NCBI GenBank assembly: GCA_964540095.1
Contig: CAZILH010000001.1
Coordinates: forward strand, 2,552-66,551
Direction: 5' to 3'
Source of the DNA: an uncultured Gammaproteobacteria bacterium
GTDB taxonomy: Bacteria > Patescibacteriota > Patescibacteriia > UBA1558 > GWA2-36-10
Length of the DNA stretch: 64,000 bases
How positions within the stretch are numbered: position 1 is the stretch's first letter; every line of letters begins with the position of its first letter. This document shows positions 28,275-36,720 of this stretch, in pieces. The translations under genes and the position numbers were made by a program. The notes beneath the pieces are model-generated. The model saw nothing but the letters and a program-made list of their open reading frames with translations. It was not told where the DNA came from and searched no databases.

Positions 28275-28598
28275 TTATAGTTGTTTATTAATTTTTTCTA
28301 ACAAAACATTTTTGGACTGCATGCCCACCATGTCCTCTACTACTTTTCCGTTCTTAAAAATTTTTAAAGCCGGTATGGACATTATTTCAAATTCTTGGGA
28401 CTTAAGTTGGTTTTCTTCGACATTAAGCTTGGCGATTTTTATATTGCTTTTGTCTTTGAACTCTTCGGCCAACTGATCAATGATTGGTCCTTGCATTTTG
28501 CAAGGCATACACCACGAGGCCCAAAAATCTACCAAGGCCACTCCCTCAAATTTTTTTATTTCTTGATCAAAATTTTGATCGTTTAATTCTAGCGCCAT
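28275..28598 (-). CDS. trxA: thioredoxin
   Basis: VDFWASWCMPCK active site. Confidence 0.93.
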   Translation of the reverse strand: MALELNDQNFDQEIKKFEGVALVDFWASWCMPCKMQGPIIDQLAEEFKDKSNIKIAKLNVEENQLKSQEFEIMSIPALKIFKNGKVVEDMVGMQSKNVLLEKINKQL

Positions 28599-28616
28599 AA
28601 ATTTAAAAATTAATTA

Positions 28617-28880
28617 TTAACTGGTCTTAAATAATATTTCTATTAATTTATTTAATTCTTTTTTCTTGTTTTTGCTTCCTGACTGATAACAGCCGTTCAC
28701 CTTGTCAGTGATCAGTAAGCGCGTGACTGAGTCCAGCGAAGCGCGCGCGGCCATAACAACTCGCACCACTTCTTCCACTTCTCTTTTTTCGCCGTACATT
28801 TTTTCAATCGCGCGAATCTGACCCTCAATACGATGAAGTTGGGAATATATTTTTTGTGGATGACAAACTTGTTTGCTCAT
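28617..28880 (-). CDS. CsoR/RcnR/FrmR family transcriptional repressor
   Basis: LHRIEGQIRAIEKM motif; operator-like palindrome immediately upstream. Confidence 0.85.
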   Translation of the reverse strand: MSKQVCHPQKIYSQLHRIEGQIRAIEKMYGEKREVEEVVRVVMAARASLDSVTRLLITDKVNGCYQSGSKNKKKELNKLIEILFKTS

Positions 28881-28924
28881 ATACCCTCTAGGGGTATTAT
28901 AGCAAGGGCATAAAAATACGTCAA
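28881..28924 (-). promoter_or_regulatory. promoter with CsoR-type operator
   Basis: TTGACG-17-TATAAT (28924-28896) overlapping ATACCCTCTAGGGGTAT (28881-28897). Confidence 0.75.
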
Positions 28925-28950
28925 GTGGTGGGGTGCTGGTGACTAGTTAT

Positions 28951-29095
28951 ACTTCTCGACTCTCTCTCGACGAGCTCGAGATCGCTCGAAGAAATAAGCT
29001 TTTGTTCGAGTAAGGTTATGCAAAGCATAACTGCATCGAGAACTACGTATGTTCAGAACTTCTCGACTCCACCTTTCGGTGTCGCTCGAAGAAAT
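28951..29095. repeat. REP/BIME-like cluster of three palindromic units (+,-,+)
   Basis: ACTTCTCGACT..[hairpin]..CGCTCGAAGAAAT at 28951-28995 and 29058-29095; inverted degenerate copy 29003-29044. Confidence 0.7.
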
Positions 29096-29172
29096 GTGCT
29101 CTCTCAAATATTTGACAATAATCCTAATAGGTGATATAATATAGTGTTTCCATAACCCGGGAGGTTCTTTCT

Positions 29173-29445
29173 ATGACAGACCGCAAGGGTCCTTCGCCCG
29201 TAAGTGCGCTCTGCATCTGGGTGGCGTATCTGGCGGCAATCGCACTCGAGTCCCTGCTTCTCTGCCATACTTGGTGGCAGGTCGCGGCGCTGGTGGTAAT
29301 CGGGGTCGTGGTGTTCCTGATCATTATGGTTCCAGCTGGCGTGCTCAACATCAAGCGCTATGCCTCAGTACACATCCTTCTCATCGCCATCCTCGTCCTT
29401 TCTGCCCTCGTCTACAAGGCCCTCTACAAAACCATCTTCGGGTGA
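29173..29445 (+). CDS. small three-TM hypothetical protein (GC-rich orphan)
   Basis: perfect TTGACA-17-TATAAT (29112-29140), GGGAGG SD, terminator 29473-29510 with TACACAC loop. Confidence 0.75.
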   Translation: MTDRKGPSPVSALCIWVAYLAAIALESLLLCHTWWQVAALVVIGVVVFLIIMVPAGVLNIKRYASVHILLIAILVLSALVYKALYKTIFG

Positions 29446-29534
29446 CAACACATCACCCAGAATGGAGATTGAGCCCCGCGGTACACACGCTGCGGGGCCT
29501 TAATTTTGTTTAATTTTAATAATAAATTGGCTAA

Positions 29535-29644
29535 CCCAGTTAGAAATTTACCTTAGTTTGCATATTAGATGAACTTATCGGCAACTAAGTGACAATTTTA
29601 CTAATAATGTAACGTGAAATACTCAAAATAATTTCTAACTGGGC
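29535..29644. mobile_element. MITE-like element, copy 2 (110 bp)
   Basis: TIR CCCAGTTAGAAAT (29535-29547) / ATTTCTAACTGGG (29631-29643); TAA on both flanks. Confidence 0.75.
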
Positions 29645-29878
29645 TAATATTAGCCAAATATATTGCTTCTGTAAAGAAACGATAATAAATACTGGCCTTG
29701 ACAAATACTGATAAATAATATATTATTTTATGTTATTTTAAGTACTTTAAATTACTTGCAAAAACGCGGTAGTCATAGCCAAAAACGGCTTAAAAATAGG
29801 CCTTTTCTGGCTATGACTACCAATTCCGGTGGTCCGCTGGCGCCAAATGGCACATGTGCCAAAAAAAGGAGTGAAGAC

Positions 29879-30442
29879 ATGTCTTCATATTCCGAGGGCC
29901 AAGTCCACCAGCTAGTGGACAAGCTGGAGGCCGCCGGCTACACCGCCGACGACATTACCAAGCTTGGGCAGTCCAAGCACCTGCTCGAGATCAGGGATGT
30001 CTTGAACGACCGTGCTGTCATCAGCTACCCCAAGCACCTCATCGACTGCGACGCCTTGCCCTTCACCCCCAACGGCTGGGAAGTCGTCGAGCACAAGCAG
30101 GGTGGTCAGTTAGAGTGGAACCCCGCGCGGGTGAAGCTCTATCTGGCCAAGAGTCAGAAGCCCGGCAAGCTCGTCGAGGGCAGCAAGCTCCGCAATGAGC
30201 TGGAAGGCCAGATGGTCTTGAATGCCAACCTTCTCGACTACCTGCTGAAGAACCCTGAACTCATCCCCGACGAGTGGAAGAGAAAGGGAATTTTCTTCTG
30301 GGGCACAATCTACCGTTACTCGCTCGACGGCCTGTGTGTCCGCTACCTCTACTGGGACGGCAGCAGGTGGTACTGGAGCTACCGCTGGCTCTACGACAGC
30401 TTCTATTCCAACGATCTGGCTGCAGTGTCTGCAAGTATCTAG
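29879..30442 (+). CDS. hypothetical protein, probable DGR variable (target) protein
   Basis: AAGGAG SD before ATG 29879; C-terminal VRYLYWDGSRWYWSYRWLYDSFYSNDLAAV rich in NNC codons typical of adenine-mutagenised variable regions. Confidence 0.65.
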   Translation: MSSYSEGQVHQLVDKLEAAGYTADDITKLGQSKHLLEIRDVLNDRAVISYPKHLIDCDALPFTPNGWEVVEHKQGGQLEWNPARVKLYLAKSQKPGKLVEGSKLRNELEGQMVLNANLLDYLLKNPELIPDEWKRKGIFFWGTIYRYSLDGLCVRYLYWDGSRWYWSYRWLYDSFYSNDLAAVSASI

Positions 30443-30621
30443 GTCCCTTGGACTTTGGATCTCGGGATCTCCTTTGATCCTTGGACCCCAGTCCTCTGGA
30501 CACACACAGAAGCCTCGTACTCCCATTGCGGATGCGGGGCTTCTTCTTTTTTTAAATAAAAAAACCGATAACATCGGCCCGTCTAAGTAAATTAAAATTG
30601 ATTAAAAATATAATCAAAATA

Positions 30622-30696
30622 TGGTGTCCTTGAGAGGAATCGAACCTCTATTTAGGCCTTAGGAGAGCCTTGTTCTATCCATTGAACTACAAGGAC
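30622..30696 (-). tRNA. tRNA-Arg(CCT)
   Basis: GTCCTTGTAGTTCAATGGATAGAAC AGGCT-CTCCTAA-GGCCT ... GGTTCGATTCC...GGACACCA. Confidence 0.93.
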
Positions 30697-30742
30697 CAAC
30701 GTTTTGTCCCTAATCTTAGCTAAAGTTTTGAGTCGTAATATA

Positions 30743-30871
30743 TTATTGAAGCATTTTGGTCAAAAACTGCGTGCGACTCTCGATCATATAAACCGCTAAA
30801 TAAATTACCAAGATTGCTCCAACAATGATTCCCAATCTTTTTAACTCTACTTTGATATTTTCATCAGTCAT
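30743..30871 (-). CDS. small single-TM protein (42 aa)
   Basis: MTDENIKVELKRLGIIVGAILVIYLAVYMIESRTQFLTKMLQ; below the ORF-track length cut-off. Confidence 0.45.
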   Translation of the reverse strand: MTDENIKVELKRLGIIVGAILVIYLAVYMIESRTQFLTKMLQ

Positions 30872-31003
30872 AATGGTGTTTATTAATTAATGCCGTGTAA
30901 TTTTAGTATATACGGCTGTTTTTGTCCACAATCTTTTGTTTCTTTGACAATTTTGACTCCTTAAACTAAAATTAAGGTCGTTAATTTATAATAAAAAAAT
31001 AAT

Positions 31004-31447
31004 ATGTTTGGCAAAAAAGAAACCGTAGTAAGCACAAAAAATATTGAAACAATAATCGGCCCTTCAGTGCGAGTTGAGGGTAATTTTGCTGGCGAAGGCG
31101 ACCTAATTATTGAGGGTATGCTGGTCGGCACCTTAAACACCAAGAATAACCTCAAAATCGGCTCTAGCGCCGTAGTAGAGGCCACCGTCAAAGCCAATAA
31201 CGCCTTTATTGCCGGTCGCGTAAAGGGCAACATCGCTATCAAGGGACGTCTAGAAATCACTGGCTCGGCTGTAATTGTTGGCGACATCAAAGCCGCGATT
31301 CTGTCCATAGAAAGCGGTGCCTTGATCCAGGGAAATGTAGCCATGCCTCTTAGTGAGCCAAAACATGACGAGCATCGCGCTAACCCCAAAAAAGAAGTAA
31401 AGCGAACTGAAAATGAGTTGCCAGAAGAAAAACTTTTGGAATCATAA
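31004..31447 (+). CDS. bactofilin (polymer-forming cytoskeletal protein)
   Basis: ETIIGPSVRVEGNF...GDLIIEG...IAGRVKGNI...VIVGDI...LSIESGA. Confidence 0.9.
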   Translation: MFGKKETVVSTKNIETIIGPSVRVEGNFAGEGDLIIEGMLVGTLNTKNNLKIGSSAVVEATVKANNAFIAGRVKGNIAIKGRLEITGSAVIVGDIKAAILSIESGALIQGNVAMPLSEPKHDEHRANPKKEVKRTENELPEEKLLES

Positions 31448-31455
31448 ATTTTGTT

Positions 31456-32202
31456 ATGTATCTTTACATATACGATTCATTTTTAAGTGACAAAAAATAT
31501 TCTGATCTCTTGGTCCAAATTGAAAAACGCGTCACTGATTTGGGCATCAAAGGAAGAATTGCGCGTCTTTCGATTCTAAAAAACATGAAAGAGTTGATCA
31601 CCGACGGCATCAAGTCCGGAGTTCAGACCGTGGTGGTCATTGGCAATGTCCAAACTTTTGCCAAAGTTATTAATATTGTGGCTGGCTTGGAGGTGGTGCT
31701 AGGTTTGATACCAGTAGAGAACGACAACAAGATTGCCAAGATGCTGGGCATACCACCAAAACTTTTGGCTTGCGATGTTATTGCTTCGCGCATTATAAAA
31801 AAAATTGATCTGGGGCTAATCAATGGTCATTTTTTTGTGGGGCAAGCGGAAATCAATGACGCCAATGTTTTGATTGAGTATGACGGCTACAACGTGCGAC
31901 CAACTACGGCCAACAACAATATTACTGTCTATAATTTTGCCGATAAATCAACAATACCAAATTCAACACCAGTTGATGGCATCCTTGAGGTGGTAATCAC
32001 ACCAATGAAGTCCGGGGTCTTTGGCAAAAAAAATATTACTGGCACTATTTTACCTTTTTCCAAAATAAAAATAAGTACTGATGGCGAGGAGCAGGTCTCT
32101 ATCTTGACTGACGAACAAGTGATTATGAAAACTCCAGCCGAGATAAGTGTGGCACCTCAAAAACTCCGGGTGATAGTGGGTCCGGAAAGATGCTTTGAAT
32201 AA
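31456..32202 (+). CDS. diacylglycerol/lipid kinase-like protein (degenerate)
   Basis: VVVIGN..TF..V, LGLIP, ND.A..LGIP, KIDLG.IN; canonical GGDG is altered. Confidence 0.7.
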   Translation: MYLYIYDSFLSDKKYSDLLVQIEKRVTDLGIKGRIARLSILKNMKELITDGIKSGVQTVVVIGNVQTFAKVINIVAGLEVVLGLIPVENDNKIAKMLGIPPKLLACDVIASRIIKKIDLGLINGHFFVGQAEINDANVLIEYDGYNVRPTTANNNITVYNFADKSTIPNSTPVDGILEVVITPMKSGVFGKKNITGTILPFSKIKISTDGEEQVSILTDEQVIMKTPAEISVAPQKLRVIVGPERCFE

Positions 32203-32232
32203 AATCTAATTGAAGATGTACAAAAAAACCGC

Positions 32233-32931
32233 CTAAGTTGAGGCGGTCTTTTTTTTGAAACCCAGCACCATATATTGCTGGAGTATTGAGAAAAGTGTAG
32301 TAAATAGCCAATAAAGCGTCAAACCAGCGGGCAAGTTGCCACCAATGACAATCGTAAAAATCGGCATAAAATAAATCATTTGGTTGGTCATCATTTTGGA
32401 CATGCCGGTTTGCTGTGATTTGCCCATCAACATCTTGGACTGCCAGAATTGAGCCGCGCCAGCCAATATAGCGATAATCCAATTCTTGCTGGCCAAATTT
32501 ATAAAACCAAAGGCAATTATGTTTAGCTGTCCGGGATTCTGGACAAAAGAATATAGCAGGTCGCCGTTACCATTGTCTTTGGTCAAGCCGTTTAAGAAGA
32601 CCTGGTAGAGGGCAATCAAAAATGGTAATTGGATTAGCGTTGGCAAGCAAGAAGAAAATGGATTTATTTTTCTTTCTTTGTAGAGAGCCATGAGCTCGGG
32701 CGCCATCTTTTCCTTGTCGTCTTTGTATTTTTCTTTGATCTTTTCTATTTCCGGCTGAATAGTTTGCAATTCTTTTTGGGACTTGATGGCTTTTTTGGAA
32801 AAGGGATACAAAATCAATCTAATGATCAGGGTTATTAGAATAATAGCCACACCCAAATCGTGACCAGGGACCAGGTTGTATAAAAAAATTAATAAGTTGT
32901 AAATTGGCTGATAAAAAATTGTAGTAAACAT
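32233..32931 (-). CDS. yidC: membrane protein insertase YidC
   Basis: AIILITLIIRLILYP, NPFSSCLPTLIQLP, PAGLTLYW. Confidence 0.95.
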   Translation of the reverse strand: MFTTIFYQPIYNLLIFLYNLVPGHDLGVAIILITLIIRLILYPFSKKAIKSQKELQTIQPEIEKIKEKYKDDKEKMAPELMALYKERKINPFSSCLPTLIQLPFLIALYQVFLNGLTKDNGNGDLLYSFVQNPGQLNIIAFGFINLASKNWIIAILAGAAQFWQSKMLMGKSQQTGMSKMMTNQMIYFMPIFTIVIGGNLPAGLTLYWLFTTLFSILQQYMVLGFKKKTAST

Positions 32932-32932
32932 A

Positions 32933-33208
32933 TTATTTTATTGGATCAATTCCACCCTTTGACCAAGGATTACAGCGCAGTATGCGCCAAAGTGATAAAT
33001 AAATTCCTTTTATGGTTCCGTGTTTTTCAAATGCTTGTCGACTGTATTCTGAACAATGCGGATGAAAGCGACAAAAACCATGAGGGAAAAATATTTTTAA
33101 CCACCCTTGGTCTGGTGAAAGTGTTTTTTGATAAATTTTAATTAAAAAAATAAATATACTAGCCAACAATCGGTCGATTGTCTTTATTACTTTTAACATT
33201 ACTTTCAA
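32933..33208 (-). CDS. yidD: membrane protein insertion efficiency factor YidD
   Basis: YQKTLSP, CRFHPHCSEY, RILRCNPWSKGGIDP. Confidence 0.93.
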   Translation of the reverse strand: MKVMLKVIKTIDRLLASIFIFLIKIYQKTLSPDQGWLKIFFPHGFCRFHPHCSEYSRQAFEKHGTIKGIYLSLWRILRCNPWSKGGIDPIK

Positions 33209-33545
33209 TATACAGGCGCGTTGTTTTTAAAGCAAATTGGAATTGTTTCTGCAGATCTCGCAGAGTAAGCTCAGCACAACTTTTTTTGGCTATAAATAAG
33301 AGATCCACGCCGGTCTTAATTTTGGTCAGCTCTGGTCTGATGGCTTCCCGCATACGACGCTTGGTTTTGTTTCTGATAACAGCCCGTTTATCTACCTTGG
33401 TAGAAACCACAAAACCCAGACGCAGTAGGTTTTGGTTATTATATTGATATTTTAGCGTTAATTGGGGTAAAAAAAAAGTTTTGCCCCCTCGGACCAAGTT
33501 TTTGATATCCTTATCTGCGTGTAGCCTAAATTTTTTAGGCAACAT
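33159..33545 (-). CDS. rnpA: ribonuclease P protein component
   Basis: RLGFVVSTKVDKRAVIRNKTKRRMRE. Confidence 0.93.
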   Translation of the reverse strand: MLPKKFRLHADKDIKNLVRGGKTFFLPQLTLKYQYNNQNLLRLGFVVSTKVDKRAVIRNKTKRRMREAIRPELTKIKTGVDLLFIAKKSCAELTLRDLQKQFQFALKTTRLYIESNVKSNKDNRPIVG

Positions 33546-33548
33546 AAT

Positions 33549-33689
33549 TTAGAGACTTATTTTCTTTCGGCCCCTAGCTTTTCGTCTTTTTAAGACCTTG
33601 CGACCATCTTTGGTGGCCATGCGCTTCATAAAGCCGTGTTTTCTGGCTCTTTTTCTTTTCTTTGGTTGGTATGTCCTTTTTGTTGCCAT
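33549..33689 (-). CDS. rpmH: 50S ribosomal protein L34
   Basis: translated by hand: [46 protein letters not shown]. Confidence 0.95.
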   Translation of the reverse strand: MATKRTYQPKKRKRARKHGFMKRMATKDGRKVLKRRKARGRKKISL

Positions 33690-33848
33690 ATAAAATTAAA
33701 TTACCTAAATAAAATAACATATTTACTTAATTTAATCAAGGGGAGCCCTTGGCTCAGCTATACCCACATTTTATTAACAATTTATACACTTTCAATCTTA
33801 TTTGAGCATTTAAAAATATGTGGTATATTTACTGCAGTTTGTAAAAAC
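33690..33848. other. oriC part 1 (rpmH-dnaA intergenic)
   Basis: degenerate DnaA boxes (CTATACCCACA, TTATTAACA, TTATACACT); core-gene strand switch occurs here. Confidence 0.55.
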
Positions 33849-35219
33849 ATGGATAATTACGAAAAAATTTGGCAAAGTGTCCTTGGTCAACTGGAATTGT
33901 TGATCAGTAGGGCTAATTTTACCACCTGGTTCAAAAATACTTTTTTGGCCGAGTTTGATAACCAGCAAGTTGTGGTTGGGGTGCCCAATTCCTTTACCAA
34001 GGTTTGGTTAGAAAAAAAATACCACGACCATATTACTAAAGCCCTAGAAGACACCTTATCAAAAAGTAATCTACAAGTTATCTACAGGGTCGAAAATAGA
34101 GAAAATTTAGCTAATATTAGCAAAAATGTTGAGATTGTTGATAAGCCAATTGAGGAGCTTGTGCACAGTCCAAGTCCACAGCCAAAAACAAGCAATAAGT
34201 ATGGTTTAAACCAAAATTATACCTTTAATTCCTTTGTTGTTGGTCCAGGTAATGAGCTGGCCCAGGCAGCGGCCATGGCCGCCGCCCAAAAACCAGGGGA
34301 AATGTATAATCCTTTGTTTATATATGGTGGCGTTGGTTTGGGCAAAACTCACCTAGCTCAGGCCGTTGGCAACTATATTTTGGCTAAAAATCCACAAAAA
34401 AAGGTGCTTTATATAAACAGTGAGAAATTCACCAATGACTTTATTTTTGCCATAAAAAGGGGTCAAACAGACGAATTTAAGAACATTTATCGCAATGTAG
34501 ACGTCTTATTAATAGACGATATTCAGTTTATTGCCGGAAAAGAGCAGACACAAGAGGAGTTTTTTCATACTTTCAATGCTCTACACCAAAATAATAAGCA
34601 AATTGTACTTTCTTCTGATCGGCCACCAAAAGCGCTTGGCGGTGTGGAAAATAGACTAATTTCCCGCTTTGAGTGGGGTATGATTGCTGATATTTCTTTC
34701 CCAGACCTAGAAACTAGAGTGGCTATTTTGGAAATAAAATGCCAACAAAAAAATTATCATTTAGAAAAAGCTTTGACCCAGCTAGTGGCCGAAAGCATTC
34801 AAGAAAATATTCGTGAGCTAGAAGGAGCGCTAAACAGGATTATTGCTTTTCACCAACTGAACAATACGCGACCATCTTTAGAAAGTGTGCGCTCATTGTT
34901 GGGCGGTATTTCCGCTAATCCAAAAAAAGCCGGACTAACCACTAAAAAATTATTAAAAACTGTTATTGAATTTTTTGATATCAGCATGGACGAGTTGCTT
35001 GGTGCTAGTCGCAAAAAAGAATTGGTCATGCCCCGACAAATTGCCATGTACTTGATGCGCGAGCAACTGAAATCATCTTTCCCAAACATTGGACACGAGA
35101 TTGGCAGTCGCGATCACACCACGGCCATGCATGCTTGTGTAAAAATATCTGAATTAGTGGCGACCGATGAGCGCGTAAAAAACGACATTGCTGTGCTCAA
35201 ACAAAAGCTCTATGAATAA
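33849..35219 (+). CDS. dnaA: chromosomal replication initiator DnaA
   Basis: YNPLFIYGGVGLGKTHL, LLIDDIQF, SRFEWG, NIRELEGAL, RDHTT; ATG 33849. Confidence 0.98.
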   Translation: MDNYEKIWQSVLGQLELLISRANFTTWFKNTFLAEFDNQQVVVGVPNSFTKVWLEKKYHDHITKALEDTLSKSNLQVIYRVENRENLANISKNVEIVDKPIEELVHSPSPQPKTSNKYGLNQNYTFNSFVVGPGNELAQAAAMAAAQKPGEMYNPLFIYGGVGLGKTHLAQAVGNYILAKNPQKKVLYINSEKFTNDFIFAIKRGQTDEFKNIYRNVDVLLIDDIQFIAGKEQTQEEFFHTFNALHQNNKQIVLSSDRPPKALGGVENRLISRFEWGMIADISFPDLETRVAILEIKCQQKNYHLEKALTQLVAESIQENIRELEGALNRIIAFHQLNNTRPSLESVRSLLGGISANPKKAGLTTKKLLKTVIEFFDISMDELLGASRKKELVMPRQIAMYLMREQLKSSFPNIGHEIGSRDHTTAMHACVKISELVATDERVKNDIAVLKQKLYE

Positions 35220-35452
35220 ACTGTTGATTAGTTAGAGCGAAGCTGTGGGCATCTCTTTAAAAATAATTTTTTTCTAAAACTAAAACCAAAATTTCTTTTT
35301 TCTACACAGAGTTATCAGGTGGTGGTGCACAAGGAGAGTTGATAAATAATTGCAAAATCACTGAACAAATACTTTATACAGCGCTAACTTATCAACATAT
35401 GCACCGTGCCTACTACGGCTATATAATATATATATAAATTAATAATAAGTAT
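35220..35452. other. oriC part 2 (dnaA-dnaN intergenic) with AT-rich unwinding element
   Basis: degenerate DnaA boxes (TGTTGATTA, TTCTACACA, GTTGATAA, TTATCAACA) followed by ATATAATATATATATAAATTAATAATAAG. Confidence 0.65.
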
Positions 35453-36559
35453 ATGAAAATCATTTGTACGCAAGAAAATTTAAATTATGGATTGGGGTTG
35501 GTCTCACATATTGCCAATAAAAACAGTAATTTACCCATATTAAACAACGTTTTGATAAAAGCCGAGAAAGAAGGCATTACTTTAATAACCACTGACCTAG
35601 AGATTGGTGTAAAGGTTTTTGTACGCAGTAAAGTAGAGGAGGAGGGCGCCTTTACTGTGGATGCCAAACTATTAAACAGCTTTATTAATTTATTGCCAAA
35701 AGAAAATATTATCCTGACCCTGGGCGAGGACAATAGCTTGGAAGTGAAAAGCAAAAATCAAGACACGGCCATTCGCGGTATGGAAGCTGAGGATTTTCCC
35801 CTTATACCAGAAATCTCCAAAGACAACGAAATTGAGGTTTCGTCCTTGGACCTTAAAAAAAGTTTGAGCCAAGTAATATTTGCCGCCTCACTAGACAACA
35901 CTAGGGTGGAAATAAATGCGGTTAATTTTAATTTCAAAGGAGAACAATTGACCTTGGCCGCTACCGATAGCTATCGTCTGGCTGAAAAGAAAATAAAAAT
36001 TGCCAACCAGAGCAAAGAAAGCAATTTGATAATCCCCCTAAAAACCCTCCAAGAATTACTGCGCATTTTAAATGAAAATTCGGAAAAAAGTTTAAAAATA
36101 TATTTTAATGAAAATCAAATAATGTTTTCACTGGATGGTGTGGAGTTGGTCTCGCGGGTGATTGATGGCAACTATCCGGACTACAAGCAAATTATTCCTG
36201 ATAAATTTAACACCAACATCAAGTGTGATGCCGATAAATTGTTGCCAGCCATAAAAGCGGTGTCGCTTTTTTGTAAGCAGGGGATTAATGATATTCGGGT
36301 TAGTTTTGATAATGCCACTAACGAAATTGTTATTACCACCGCCTCATCGCACGCCGGCAAAAGCTTAGCCAAGGTGCCAGCCGAAATAAAAGGAGAAAAT
36401 AACGACATTATTTTTAACTACCGCTACATTATAGACGGACTAAATAATATTGATCAAAAAGAGGTGTTTATTAATATAAACAACAACACCTCCCCAGGAC
36501 TAATAGGGCCAGTGGGTCAGGAGGACTATATTTATTTGGTTATGCCCATTAGGCAATAG
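35453..36559 (+). CDS. dnaN: DNA polymerase III beta clamp
   Basis: LPILNNVLI, TDLEIG, AATDSYRLA, YPDYKQIIP, LVMPIR. Confidence 0.97.
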   Translation: MKIICTQENLNYGLGLVSHIANKNSNLPILNNVLIKAEKEGITLITTDLEIGVKVFVRSKVEEEGAFTVDAKLLNSFINLLPKENIILTLGEDNSLEVKSKNQDTAIRGMEAEDFPLIPEISKDNEIEVSSLDLKKSLSQVIFAASLDNTRVEINAVNFNFKGEQLTLAATDSYRLAEKKIKIANQSKESNLIIPLKTLQELLRILNENSEKSLKIYFNENQIMFSLDGVELVSRVIDGNYPDYKQIIPDKFNTNIKCDADKLLPAIKAVSLFCKQGINDIRVSFDNATNEIVITTASSHAGKSLAKVPAEIKGENNDIIFNYRYIIDGLNNIDQKEVFININNNTSPGLIGPVGQEDYIYLVMPIRQ

Positions 36560-36609
36560 CTTGTGGAAATGTTTTTTGGCAAATTATTATAAATTTGCTA
36601 TAATATATG

Positions 36610-36720
36610 GACACTCGAAAATCCCTGCGTCGAACAGGAGTTTCTCGGGCGCTATAGAGATATGTAATTTCAGAAATGAAGCAAAAAACATCCGTGCGCG
36701 ATCTAGGGTGTTTTTTGTTT
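36610..36720 (+). ncRNA. candidate small RNA downstream of dnaN
   Basis: TTGGCA-17-TATAAT (36576-36604, TG extended), imperfect hairpin about 36614-36650, terminator-like 36683-36720. Confidence 0.3.

Noticed and set aside
28951-29095. CRISPR array
   Set aside because: Only three units in alternating orientation with self-complementary interiors; no cas genes in the window.
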